In this document: positions 10,114-21,458 of the stretch, in pieces | How the letters are laid out: each line of letters opens with the position of its first letter | How positions within the stretch are numbered: the stretch's first letter is position 1 | Source: a virus | Taxonomy: Duplodnaviria > Heunggongvirae > Uroviricota > Caudoviricetes | Virus record (IMG/VR): IMGVR_UViG_3300030035_000081 | Coordinates: 64,001 to 128,000 of that record | Direction: 5' to 3' (one strand) | DNA length: 64,000 bases | Translations under genes and position numbers: made by a program | The notes under the pieces: generated by a model | Databases searched by the model: none | Seen by the model: the letters and a program-made list of their open reading frames with translations, nothing else | What the model was told of the DNA's origin: nothing

Positions 10114-10353
10114 ATGAATGAGTACGAAGCAACAATACAAATCAACCCAACCGACGATATCAAGTTCATACTTGAGGAGCCCGGCTGCTATGAGTCTGAA
10201 ATTGAAATGATGAAGGCCGGTGGCACCTATGATGCGTTTGTCAAGCGTGTCTATGATGCCATCGACTGGTCTCATCTGTTTGAGCGTATTGCTCAGATGG
10301 AAAACGAAGCCATCACGGCAGCTATCGACAAATTGTCTGATAGCATGATTTGA
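10114..10353 (+). CDS. Hypothetical protein
   Basis: AAAGGA RBS. Confidence 0.75.
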   Translation: MNEYEATIQINPTDDIKFILEEPGCYESEIEMMKAGGTYDAFVKRVYDAIDWSHLFERIAQMENEAITAAIDKLSDSMI

Positions 10354-10372
10354 TTGTTAGGAGGTAAATACT

Positions 10373-10945
10373 ATGTACATTCTCATTAAAAACCAGGAAG
10401 GCGAAAACATGAATCTGCTTTCCCAGAACACCGATTTCAACGCCCTGCTGGCAGCCATGAAAGCTGACATTGAGGCAGAGTACGAAAAGGCAACAGGCTC
10501 TGCGATTAACCTGGATGAAGATTCCGGCATCGATTATGAAGTCGGTATCAACGTTGAGGACAGTGCTGCTGAAGGTTTCTGCCTCGCATCCGGGTATATG
10601 TACGGCGCAGACAGCAATTTTGACTGGGGTATTTTCAAAGTAAAGTCTCAGAAAAGCAATACCGCAGCAAAACCCTACATTGGCTTGGATATGAACGAGT
10701 TCTTTCGGCAGAAAATGCTGCTGATTGACTTGTCGGCAAAAGTGAAGGACCTCGGCTATGACCTTCTGGCCGATGAACTTCGGGGCGCAATCGGTGTCTT
10801 CGACGCTGTACAGGATTCAGCTGAAGGAGACGGTGTTTTCACTGCTCCGGAAGCGGATGAAGAAACCGGTCTGTTCCTTGACGATTTTTATAACGACGTT
10901 CTGGAAAAGATTCTGAACGCCGACAAGAAAAAGGAGGAAAAGTAA
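10373..10945 (+). CDS. Hypothetical acidic protein
   Basis: AGGAGGT RBS, 190 aa. Confidence 0.8.
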   Translation: MYILIKNQEGENMNLLSQNTDFNALLAAMKADIEAEYEKATGSAINLDEDSGIDYEVGINVEDSAAEGFCLASGYMYGADSNFDWGIFKVKSQKSNTAAKPYIGLDMNEFFRQKMLLIDLSAKVKDLGYDLLADELRGAIGVFDAVQDSAEGDGVFTAPEADEETGLFLDDFYNDVLEKILNADKKKEEK

Positions 10946-10948
10946 GCC

Positions 10949-11434
10949 ATGAAACTCTACATCCAAGGCGAACACGGTAAGCTCCTAACTTTCACCCCGG
11001 AAGAAATCAAGGAAAAGCTCGGTATTCCATTCGATATCGCTGCTCTTGGCATCGAGGTAGATGATGGCGACACCACCATCAGGGCTCAGTCATACCCCAA
11101 ATGGGATTATCAGAACGGGAACCCGCCCATTGACCTCTGTGTCAATGAAATGCAGGTTGGCTCACTGGCTATGCCGACGCCCAACATTCCGGCTCCCGTC
11201 ATTTATCTTTATGATGAACAGGGGCAGGATGAATCGGATTGGTTTGCATGTACCAGCTTTGCACCCCGTGCATCTGGTGACGAAAGTTCTCACGTCGTCT
11301 TCTGTGACATGAGTTTTGGCAATGCGTTTGCGACCACAGACGTTTTTGTGAATTCGCGCACGGGAATTCCTTTCGTGCAGTGTTCCACTGAGAATCAACT
11401 TTCTGATTTCAGGAAAGCTGATTCCCGTCAATAA
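10949..11434 (+). CDS. Hypothetical protein (paralog family A); last codons supplied by the IS end
   Basis: P.P...YLY...E.DW motif shared with 14964, 44277, 45017. Confidence 0.8.
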   Translation: MKLYIQGEHGKLLTFTPEEIKEKLGIPFDIAALGIEVDDGDTTIRAQSYPKWDYQNGNPPIDLCVNEMQVGSLAMPTPNIPAPVIYLYDEQGQDESDWFACTSFAPRASGDESSHVVFCDMSFGNAFATTDVFVNSRTGIPFVQCSTENQLSDFRKADSRQ

Positions 11435-11725
11435 CCCACGACTAAAGTCGCGGGCTTGCATCAGCGAGTCTACGCTTTAGAAATGTCCGAAAGGATATGT
11501 TGACTACCCTAAGTGCTTCGAGCACTCCGTTATAAGCGAATAGATAGTTACCGTGCGGCGTTAATCCTAACTGCACGCTCTAAGGCAACACATCAAAGAA
11601 ATCTGAGGTAAAGACAACAGGTGTGGCTGCATTAAACCGCTTATAACTTTGGGGAAGGATTAGCTTCTTCGGAAGTAACTCCTCTTCGGAGGAGAGGACA
11701 GCTTATCATTAGCTGTCACACAAAT
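11427..11725 (+). ncRNA. omega RNA (HEARO-like) scaffold
   Basis: ~300-nt structured non-coding region upstream of iscB, conserved with compensatory changes in copy 2. Confidence 0.85.
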
Positions 11726-11743
11726 AGAAAGGAGCATGGTATC

Positions 11744-13006
11744 ATGCAATATGTGTATGTGCTTAACAAACACGGCGAACCTTTGATGCCGTGCTCTCCA
11801 CGCAAGGCTCGCTTATTGTTAAAGCAGAAGAAAGCATGCGTTGTAAAACGCACACCGTTTACAATCAAGCTCCTGTATGGAAGTACAGGATACAAACAAC
11901 CTATTACTTTGGGCGTAGATGCAGGCAGCAAACATATTGGCATATCTGCTGCCACTGAAAAGTACGAGCTCTATTGCGAAGAGGCAACTCCACGCAATGA
12001 TGTGGTTGATTTGCTTTCTGCACGCCGTGCTTTCAGACGCAGCAGGCGAAACCGCAAAACCCGTTACCGTGCGCCGCGTTTCAACAACAGAGTGCATAGC
12101 AAGCATAAGGGCTGGTTAGCGCCATCAGTGGAGGTCAAGATTCAAGAACACATTACGCTTATCAAGCGAGTATGTCGTATTTTGCCGGTTACGTTCGTCA
12201 GAGTAGAAACAGCAGAGTTTGACACACAACGTCTAAAAGCAATGCTGGAAGGTAAACCTCTGCCGGTAGGCACAGACTATCAGCTTGGTGAAATGTACGA
12301 TGAGTACAATGTACGCCAGTATGTGTTAAAGCGTGACAATTATACGTGCCAATGCTGCGGTGCGCATCCAACAAAAACAAAAGCTGTAAAGCTGCATGTG
12401 CATCATATCGAGACCCGTAGAACAGGTGGCAATGCGCCAAACAACCTTATCACGCTATGCACAGCTTGCCATAAAGCTCTACACGCTGGAAAAGTAACAC
12501 TTGACGGCAAAAAACGTGGCAGGTCTCTCAAAGATGCAGCTTTTATGGGGGTTATGCGTAAGACACTTATGGAACGCTTGCTTAAAGAGCTGAAGATTCC
12601 GGTACAAGGGACTTATGGCTACATAACCAAGTACTTGCGTGAGAAGCATAGTATTCCTAAAAGTCACACCAACGATGCACGCTGCATTAGCAAGAACCCA
12701 TTGGCCATACCTTGCGATACTTGCTACTACACGAAGGCTATACGCCACCATAACAGACAGCTGCACAAAGCAACTATCCTAAAAGGTGGTATACGCAAGG
12801 CTAATCAAGCTCCGTACACCGTAAAGGGTTATCGTCTTTGGGACAAAGTATCCTATAATGGCTCAGAATGCTTTATCACAGGCAGACGAACTTCTGGATA
12901 CTTCGCTCTTAAAAAATTGGACGGTACTGTTGTTTCTAATAGCGCGTCCTACAAAAAAATGCGGCTACTAGAAGTCGCAACAAATTATATTACAGAAAGA
13001 ATGTGA
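11744..13006 (+). CDS. iscB: IscB RNA-guided endonuclease
   Basis: PLMP N-terminus, RuvC-I GVDAG, Arg-rich bridge helix, RuvC-II VE, HNH (CxxC..HHI..N..C..CH), RuvC-III HTNDA. Confidence 0.95.
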   Translation: MQYVYVLNKHGEPLMPCSPRKARLLLKQKKACVVKRTPFTIKLLYGSTGYKQPITLGVDAGSKHIGISAATEKYELYCEEATPRNDVVDLLSARRAFRRSRRNRKTRYRAPRFNNRVHSKHKGWLAPSVEVKIQEHITLIKRVCRILPVTFVRVETAEFDTQRLKAMLEGKPLPVGTDYQLGEMYDEYNVRQYVLKRDNYTCQCCGAHPTKTKAVKLHVHHIETRRTGGNAPNNLITLCTACHKALHAGKVTLDGKKRGRSLKDAAFMGVMRKTLMERLLKELKIPVQGTYGYITKYLREKHSIPKSHTNDARCISKNPLAIPCDTCYYTKAIRHHNRQLHKATILKGGIRKANQAPYTVKGYRLWDKVSYNGSECFITGRRTSGYFALKKLDGTVVSNSASYKKMRLLEVATNYITERM

Positions 13007-13127
13007 AGGAACAATTCCTCCCATGACTGAAGTCACGGGTATCCTTGCCCAGCTCAATGAATAATATCTGACTCGTATCTTTGCGGTCGCTCCTTTTGGA
13101 GCGGCCGCCTTTTTTGTTTTCAGTTTC

Positions 13128-13156
13128 CTTGCGCAAATGTGCGAGTCTCATAAAAT
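13128..13156 (+). promoter_or_regulatory. TGCGA-type promoter (no leader)
   Basis: ttgcgc-aaatg-TGCGA-gtctca-taaaat after terminator 13083..13115. Confidence 0.75.
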
Positions 13157-13177
13157 GAAAATTAGGGAGGTGCTGTT

Positions 13178-13474
13178 TTGAAAATTCAGAGAATCATGCC
13201 TGCAACTACTCATTCCATGAAAGACGCGTTACCGCTTGGGACTATCCTGACGGTGAAAAATGTTGCAGACCAGAAATATATTGTGGTCGGCTATGACACA
13301 AGTTCTGTTCCGCACAACTACTATGCGGTTCCCTGGCCGCAAGGGTACATGGGTGAAGAAAATATGTACTTGGTAGGATTTGATGATATTGCGAAAGTTC
13401 TGTGTCGCGGCGGAATCAATGAGGAATCCAGAGTTTTCTTGCAGGCACTGGATGATGTGTTGAACGGGAGGTGA
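13178..13474 (+). CDS. DUF4176-like protein
   Basis: LPLGTI...IVVG....Y.AVPWPQG.....DI pattern. Confidence 0.7.
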   Translation: MKIQRIMPATTHSMKDALPLGTILTVKNVADQKYIVVGYDTSSVPHNYYAVPWPQGYMGEENMYLVGFDDIAKVLCRGGINEESRVFLQALDDVLNGR

Positions 13475-13478
13475 CACG

Positions 13479-13694
13479 GTGACGGTAAAAGAGCTGAAGC
13501 ATATGCTTGAGAACGCAGACGACAACGCTATCGTCGTTGTACAAAACAACTGGGCTCCGGCAGAATTCCTGAATGCCTCTGCTCGGAAGATGGTGCTTGT
13601 AAAAGCAAATGGCAAACTTATGACGCCGAAATGGGCCGAAGCGAACGGATATATCTGTGAAGGTCCGGCTGTATCGGCAATTTTATTCGATTAG
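13479..13694 (+). CDS. Hypothetical protein
   Basis: GGAGGT RBS; MTVKEL...L N-terminus. Confidence 0.7.
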   Translation: MTVKELKHMLENADDNAIVVVQNNWAPAEFLNASARKMVLVKANGKLMTPKWAEANGYICEGPAVSAILFD

Positions 13695-13705
13695 GTGGTG
13701 AAAAA

Positions 13706-14035
13706 ATGTCTGACAAGAAAGTGGCTGCGCAAGCATCCGATGGGCCCTGGGAACGCGAAACCATCATCACGTTCAACGATGCAGAGAAGAAAGCGTCTTA
13801 CTACACCTGCAATAAAGTTCGTATGGCACAGCTGAAAGAGCTTGCCAAAGAGTATCCTGATGCTGTTAAAATTACGCGAAACAAGGATTGGTGTGTAGAA
13901 GTGGATTTGCCCAAGAAATGGGTCAAAATCAAGCCGCCTCGCAAACTGACCGAAGAGCAATATGCGGAACTGGTCAGACGCGGCAAAGAACTTGCAGAAC
14001 GGCAGCGGCAGCTAAAAAACGAAACGAAGAAATAA
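13706..14035 (+). CDS. Hypothetical protein
   Basis: 109 aa; ERETII.FN...PK.WVKI.PPR.LTEEQ. Confidence 0.8.
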   Translation: MSDKKVAAQASDGPWERETIITFNDAEKKASYYTCNKVRMAQLKELAKEYPDAVKITRNKDWCVEVDLPKKWVKIKPPRKLTEEQYAELVRRGKELAERQRQLKNETKK

Positions 14036-14069
14036 ACCGGCTTCATATGCCGGAAGAGGAGAATATAAA

Positions 14070-14687
14070 ATGTACAATTCTTACAGCGCATTGAATCTTT
14101 TGGGCGGTATGCTCTATACGATGATTCTTCTGGTGATAGCGTATTTTGTGCTCAAAATCGTCGCCAATTGGAAAATTTTTGAGAAGGCCGGGCAGCCTGG
14201 CTGGGCATCCATCGTCCCGTTCTACAGCAACTACATCGAATTCAACATTTACTGGGGGAACGGCTGGTTGTTTCTGATTCCGGTCGTGCTGAGCCTTTTG
14301 TCTGGCATTCCGCTGCTCGGCAATCTGTTCCTGGTTGTTGCTCTCATCATCGGTGCTATTACCAACTACAAGAAAGCTGTTGCGTTCGGTGAAGGTATTG
14401 GTTTCACGATTGGTCTTTGCCTTCTGAATCCGGTGTTCAACATGATTCTTGCTTTCGGCCATTATGAGTATCACGGTATCCCGCAGGATGGCTATTCCTA
14501 TTCTCAGCTCAAGACTAAATATGAGGAAAAGAAAGCCGAACAGCAGAACAACCCCAGTGCCGTTCAGTACCAGGCCCCCGAAACTCCCAAAGAGCCGAGC
14601 CAGAATGTTCAGTATCAGACTCCGAATGCTCCTGCTGAAGTCAAGACCCAGCCGACTCAGCAAAATCAAAATCAGGACAATGGCTGA
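14070..14687 (+). CDS. DUF5684-like membrane protein
   Basis: WKIFEKAG.PGWASIVPFY motif, TM helices, Gln/Pro tail. Confidence 0.8.
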   Translation: MYNSYSALNLLGGMLYTMILLVIAYFVLKIVANWKIFEKAGQPGWASIVPFYSNYIEFNIYWGNGWLFLIPVVLSLLSGIPLLGNLFLVVALIIGAITNYKKAVAFGEGIGFTIGLCLLNPVFNMILAFGHYEYHGIPQDGYSYSQLKTKYEEKKAEQQNNPSAVQYQAPETPKEPSQNVQYQTPNAPAEVKTQPTQQNQNQDNG

Positions 14688-14880
14688 TATTATTTGGGTC
14701 GTTGTGTTTCTCTGCGTTCTCATCGCGTCCTGCTTTGGAATGTACTATTTCCAGGGTGAGAACAAACAAAAATTTGTGTTTTGCTTTTTGCTGGTAGCAT
14801 TATCTTTTGGAGTTCTTGCGTTTCGACTCCTGGATATTGCCTACACAATGATAAACGCAGCTGTCAAAGCCGCACAATGA
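14680..14880 (+). CDS. Small membrane protein
   Basis: Two hydrophobic segments; overlaps the upstream stop. Confidence 0.6.
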   Translation: MADIIWVVVFLCVLIASCFGMYYFQGENKQKFVFCFLLVALSFGVLAFRLLDIAYTMINAAVKAAQ

Positions 14881-14963
14881 CCTTTTTGCAATTCTCAAAC
14901 TGTTTTTTGGCAGACCTTCCAACCGAGGGCCTGCCCTTTTTATTGTTGCCAGGAGGAAAATCT

Positions 14964-15845
14964 ATGAAAATCCGATTCTATACAACCAACAAGGAAGCTA
15001 TTGTATTCGACCTTGAGGATATTTTGAAGCAGCTCAACATTGAAGAGCAGGTAGCCACTGTCGGCCTTGTCATTGAAAAAGACGAGGCCGAGGTTGAGGC
15101 AATCGCTCAGACAATACAAGACGATTATCCGAACATGTATCTCCAGGCAAAAGAATACGGGCGAAATCTGACCTTGGCTTGTGCGGAGCTTCCGAACCCT
15201 ACTAACCCGGATATTGTAACCTACCTCTATGCGGGCGATGATGCTACGGAAACTGACAGTTGGATTGCGAAAGTGAACAACACAATTCGTGCGCAAGGGG
15301 ATAACAGTGAACGGCTCATCCATATTGACTCGAATCTCGCTGCCGTGGTAGAAGCAAACGAAACGGAACAAGGATACTATGCTTCCACCGTGGCGCAGCA
15401 TGACAAGGCTACAAACGAAATGCTGAGTTTTCGACAGATTGCAGAGTCGTTGGAAGCTGTTGGGGATAACTACAAGTACCAGAGTACAAACAATATTCTG
15501 ACTTCAAGAACCAAAGCGGAAAGGAACTACATTGTCCGGCTTATCAAGATGTATTGCGACGATACCAAATACCTTTCCGGTGCTATGCCGCAAAGTGAGT
15601 ACCCATTCTGTGTCCAGAACGTTGACGCTCTGAACCAGCGTGATGCGCAGTGGTCCGAAATCAAAGAGTATCTTGCACAGGACGAGAATCACAACAAGCT
15701 GGATGTGATTCTTGGCTTCGTTCCGGATGCGGAGAGCGACAAGACTCTAATTCTGCACAGCATTGAAGAAAAAGGGAAGGCCATGTCTGATTCTGAAATC
15801 GAAAAAGCATATAATTTGCTGTTTGGTGACTGTAGCAATGAATGA
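14964..15845 (+). CDS. Hypothetical protein (paralog family A)
   Basis: YP..YL...ELPN....YLYAGDD..ETD. Confidence 0.85.
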   Translation: MKIRFYTTNKEAIVFDLEDILKQLNIEEQVATVGLVIEKDEAEVEAIAQTIQDDYPNMYLQAKEYGRNLTLACAELPNPTNPDIVTYLYAGDDATETDSWIAKVNNTIRAQGDNSERLIHIDSNLAAVVEANETEQGYYASTVAQHDKATNEMLSFRQIAESLEAVGDNYKYQSTNNILTSRTKAERNYIVRLIKMYCDDTKYLSGAMPQSEYPFCVQNVDALNQRDAQWSEIKEYLAQDENHNKLDVILGFVPDAESDKTLILHSIEEKGKAMSDSEIEKAYNLLFGDCSNE

Positions 15846-15851
15846 ATAATC

Positions 15852-15981
15852 TTGCGCTTTCGTGCGAGACCCGTATAATTTAGCTTGTACGATAGATACC
15901 ATCTACTAAGCACACTGTGTGCTCGTACAATTCACACTTCGCTTTAAGGCGGACTTCCCACACCGGGAGGTTCGCCTTTTT
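15852..15981 (+). promoter_or_regulatory. Promoter-leader-attenuator module copy
   Basis: ttgcgc-N5-TGCGA-N6-tataat; ttgtacga-tagataccatcta-gcacac/gtgtgc-tcgtacaa; GGCGGACTTCCC terminator. Confidence 0.92.
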
Positions 15982-16007
15982 GCGTACAAGAAAAAAGGAG
16001 TGTTATA

Positions 16008-16412
16008 ATGGATAACGTATGGACAAATCTTGGCAACCGACTCGAAACTGCTTGGAAAAGACCAACAAGGCCCAACTCTAAACGCCCGAAAGACGGTGAA
16101 ATCATCGACGAAGAGAAATCGGTGCGCTGGAACAGGGAAGAGGCCGTTCGCCGACAGAAAGCCTGGGATGCGGAATGCTCTCGGCTGAAGAAGGCGCAGA
16201 ATGCAGAAATTGAACACATCTCGGAAGCTATCGAACTTCAAATTCAGGAAGACATCAAAGCCGAAACGAAACGCAGCATTTCCAAAAAGGCTGCAACCAT
16301 TCTCTGGCAAAAAGCCTACGACCGTGGCCACTCCTATGGTTTCGCTGACATCTACTGTGCCATCGAAGACTACGAGGAGCTGGTTGTTGCCGTATTCACA
16401 AACGCTCGTTGA
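16008..16412 (+). CDS. Hypothetical protein
   Basis: DEEKSVRWNRE...AYDRGHSYG; AAGGAG RBS. Confidence 0.8.
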   Translation: MDNVWTNLGNRLETAWKRPTRPNSKRPKDGEIIDEEKSVRWNREEAVRRQKAWDAECSRLKKAQNAEIEHISEAIELQIQEDIKAETKRSISKKAATILWQKAYDRGHSYGFADIYCAIEDYEELVVAVFTNAR

Positions 16413-16428
16413 AAGAAAGGAAAATACC

Positions 16429-17238
16429 ATGAAGCTGAATGAATACCTCGCTAAAAATGCCGTCAAGCTGATGATTAAGGGCTCTGGAGAAAAGAATCCT
16501 ACGCGCCAGACCAATGACCTCGGCATGTACGATTATGTTGAGAACCTTGAAAGCGTCCTCGGCAAAATGGTCTGGATTTGCGATTATCGCGCAAATGCGG
16601 ACCCGACCAAAAAGCCGATTCGTAACATCAAACCTACCCCGGTTGTTGTAACGGACGCAAAAGAAACGAGCAAAACCATCTATTATTCTCCGGTCTATTT
16701 TCGGCCGGTAAATCGGGGTAAGATTTCTTCAACCGTCATTGCCCCATTGGACAACACCGGGTATCGCTGCTGCTCCGGCACTTCCGTCAACATCTTCTAC
16801 ACGAAAGAAGAGTGCGTGAAGTGCTATCGGGAGCAGGTTCGACAGGCAAACGAGATTTATGAGAAAGAGAAGGCTCGCATCATCAAAGAGTTCGACGCTC
16901 GCATGCAGATTCTCAATGATTCTCTCACGCCGTTCAACGATGTCCCGCAGAGCGACTACACCGTTGTTGCAAAAATGGATGTTACGAACGATTCTCTCGG
17001 ATACAATGAGAAAAATCGGCATTTTTATCTCGAGACGACCCGAACCATGATTCCGACTCGCTATACCATCGAAATGCTCAAGATGCAGGCACTGATTGGC
17101 CTGGTGGATGAACTCCGTGCAAACACCACCTGGCAAAAGGGCATCCCTTTCCGTATCCTTATCAGAACAACAGTTTTCGTGGATGGTATTGAAGATGTCA
17201 GCCAGGCCACAACGGAATCTCAAACCATTACCCTTTGA
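16429..17238 (+). CDS. Hypothetical protein
   Basis: AAAGGA RBS, 269 aa. Confidence 0.8.
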   Translation: MKLNEYLAKNAVKLMIKGSGEKNPTRQTNDLGMYDYVENLESVLGKMVWICDYRANADPTKKPIRNIKPTPVVVTDAKETSKTIYYSPVYFRPVNRGKISSTVIAPLDNTGYRCCSGTSVNIFYTKEECVKCYREQVRQANEIYEKEKARIIKEFDARMQILNDSLTPFNDVPQSDYTVVAKMDVTNDSLGYNEKNRHFYLETTRTMIPTRYTIEMLKMQALIGLVDELRANTTWQKGIPFRILIRTTVFVDGIEDVSQATTESQTITL

Positions 17239-17254
17239 TGAACCATGAAGAGCG

Positions 17255-17297
17255 CACGCCCCGTCTATAGCCGTAAGGCTTAGGTGGGGAGGTTCAC
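17255..17297 (-). mobile_element. Orphan IS200/IS605-like end / REP-like hairpin
   Basis: Reverse complement gtgaacctccccacct...ggggcgtg; same frame as 40673..40703. Confidence 0.5.
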
Positions 17298-17328
17298 AAA
17301 AAAACAAAACAATACATATGTGAGGTAA

Positions 17329-19395
<2,067 letters not shown>

Positions 19396-19409
19396 GGAGG
19401 TCTTGTGGT

Positions 19410-19655
19410 ATGTATGACTTCGACCGCATCGTAAAAGCTGCGGAGTCCTGTGACTTTCACGACGCATTTGCCTCTGACATCAAACGCTGTGAAAATGCTC
19501 TTGGCATGGGTGGCCTCATGGCAATCAATGCTGAATGTTGGCTTGATGTCTTGAGCGCCATGCCGGACGCTGAAATCGCAGAGTATGTCCACACTAAGTA
19601 TAAGCCCGGTCTCTTGAATCCGTTTAAGGGAACGTCCTTGTACATCAAATCTTAA
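19410..19655 (+). CDS. Hypothetical protein, paralog of 3535..3777
   Basis: AAGGAGGT RBS; PGLLNPF motif. Confidence 0.8.
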   Translation: MYDFDRIVKAAESCDFHDAFASDIKRCENALGMGGLMAINAECWLDVLSAMPDAEIAEYVHTKYKPGLLNPFKGTSLYIKS

Positions 19656-19692
19656 CCTCTTGCCGCTTGCCCTTCACAGGGTGAGCGGCTTT

Positions 19693-19720
19693 TGCTAATA
19701 TGTGCGAATCGCGTACACTA
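19693..19720 (+). promoter_or_regulatory. TGCGA-type promoter (no leader)
   Basis: ttgcta-atatg-TGCGA-atcgcg-tacact after terminator 19662..19694. Confidence 0.6.
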
Positions 19721-19745
19721 AAATAATAGAAAGAAGGCATCAATA

Positions 19746-20348
19746 ATGAAATCACATGAAGCTCCTGTTACCGAAAGCATGCAGCAATGTATCGACTATA
19801 TCAAGCAGAATGAAGATGAAATCGCAGAATATGTGAATTCGCTTTTTCTTGCTCAGAAGGATGTAATTAGAGAGCAGCTTTTGGAGAGTTTGGCAGCAAT
19901 GCTGAACCCCATTCCCACTCATTATGAATGGCGCAGCAATGATTGCCCGTATGATTATTCTGGTGAATTGTACGAAGATGGAAAGGTATCTTTGGAGCAG
20001 ACTGTTAGTGAATTTCTCGAGAGCGAATATACTGGTGCAAGCCGCGCAACCTATGTATCTCACTATGGTCTATCATATAACACATATGGGGATAGTCTCT
20101 CGGACGACACCCTTGAGATTGGCTGCTCCATTATGACCGATGGAATTAAAGATTTCGTACAGAGGAATGCAGGGATTCCGTGTGAACGATTCTCCCGTGA
20201 AGAATTTTTCGACATCAAAACCGAATGTAACGAATTTGACCCGATATACGACGAATGCCGCGCCAGCGATTTCTTTTGGGCTACTGCCGCTGTAGAATTT
20301 GCAGGCATTGACAAAATGACTTTGAAAGAAGTTCTCGCCGCAGTATAA
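19746..20348 (+). CDS. Hypothetical protein
   Basis: 200-aa acidic ORF followed by terminator. Confidence 0.8.
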   Translation: MKSHEAPVTESMQQCIDYIKQNEDEIAEYVNSLFLAQKDVIREQLLESLAAMLNPIPTHYEWRSNDCPYDYSGELYEDGKVSLEQTVSEFLESEYTGASRATYVSHYGLSYNTYGDSLSDDTLEIGCSIMTDGIKDFVQRNAGIPCERFSREEFFDIKTECNEFDPIYDECRASDFFWATAAVEFAGIDKMTLKEVLAAV

Positions 20349-20653
20349 ATTGTCACGAAAGCCGTTCACCGTTTGGTGGACGGCTTTTTCTTTTTGACAT
20401 TTTTTGCGATTTCCCGATAATAGTGGAAACACCCAAAACAACGTGAAAACGTGACGATGCCTTGGCTAGTATCACCTCAAACTATACGGTGAAAGCAAAT
20501 CTGACTCCAGGTGATTGGAGTGGTACAGTATCTTTTGTTTGCTCTGTATCGGAGAACTAAACACAATGTTGCACGACTTTGCACGATGTTGTAACATTCT
20601 AAAAAGCCACTAACACGCGTGCAAACTTTTTTCAAAAAAGTTTATACAGCTTC

Positions 20654-20778
20654 TTGACGGCGTGTGCGACACCCATAAAATAGATAATGTAACAGAGATA
20701 TCATTGATTTGCCATAGTTCATATACCTCCTGGAAGAAGGACAGATGCCCATATTGGGTTTCTGTCCTTTTTCTTTTT
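20654..20778 (+). promoter_or_regulatory. Degenerate promoter-leader-terminator module
   Basis: ttgacg-N5-TGCGA-N6-taaaat, tgtaacagagatatca, aaggacaga..tctgtcctt terminator. Confidence 0.55.
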
Positions 20779-21005
20779 GAGGATTCCCGCAGATTTTCTG
20801 CGTTTAATATAGATTCATCCCACGGAATGTGGACTTCTGACAGCCGAAGGAAAGGCTGATTATATAGAATTGCTATGCTAATCAACATAGCACGCGTACA
20901 CAGCGTCAATGTGTTTATATAAATGTTCCTGCACGCGAACGCCGCGTTAAGAGCGTATTTATATATACCGTATAACAATTACAAACCTTCAAGGAGGACT
21001 TTACC

Positions 21006-21374
21006 ATGATTCGAAACATAATTTAGCGAGTAGACGCCATCATCAGCAGCCACGAAGCCAAAGCCAAACAATATACAGCTGACTATGGTTCATTCGTTCA
21101 CGGTCTAATTAAGACCTAGCTGAGCAAAGATGGTGTGATACTCGCGCTCCTGCTGGAGCAAGTGAAACTGACCGATGCCGCGAAATTTCTGCTGCTTTTG
21201 GCAGTAGTATCAATCGCTGGCGCATTTCTTGTCAAGAAAGTCTTCAAAAATTACAGCCACATCAAAGGATTGGCCGAAGACTTTCTGAAATCAGCTGACG
21301 TTTTCGGAGCTGTCAAAGAAGCGATTTCTGATATCGCCAGCGGCTCCTGCAAAACAAACAACAAAAAAGAATAA
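21006..21374 (+). pseudogene. Membrane-protein ORF interrupted by two in-frame TAG codons
   Basis: AAGGAGG RBS + ATG 21006 is in frame with ORF 21135..21374; TAG at 21024 and 21117. Confidence 0.5.
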
Positions 21375-21380
21375 TAACAT

Positions 21381-21458
21381 CCCCGATATATGGGGCTCAC
21401 ATTGCTGTGGAGATAAATTCGAGAGCAGCACGGCAGCCCCACGTTACGGGGTTATATT
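21381..21458 (+). promoter_or_regulatory. Structured 5'-UTR motif, copy 1 (pair with 60809..60883)
   Basis: gggg..cacattgc.gtggag...agagc.gcacg...cccc.cgtta.gggg directly before ATG. Confidence 0.7.

Larger units (their letters stand above)
11427..13056 (+). mobile_element. IS200/IS605-family IscB element, copy 1 (no tnpA)
   Basis: Terminal hairpins at both ends; boundaries set by comparison with copy 2; followed by ATGA. Confidence 0.9.
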
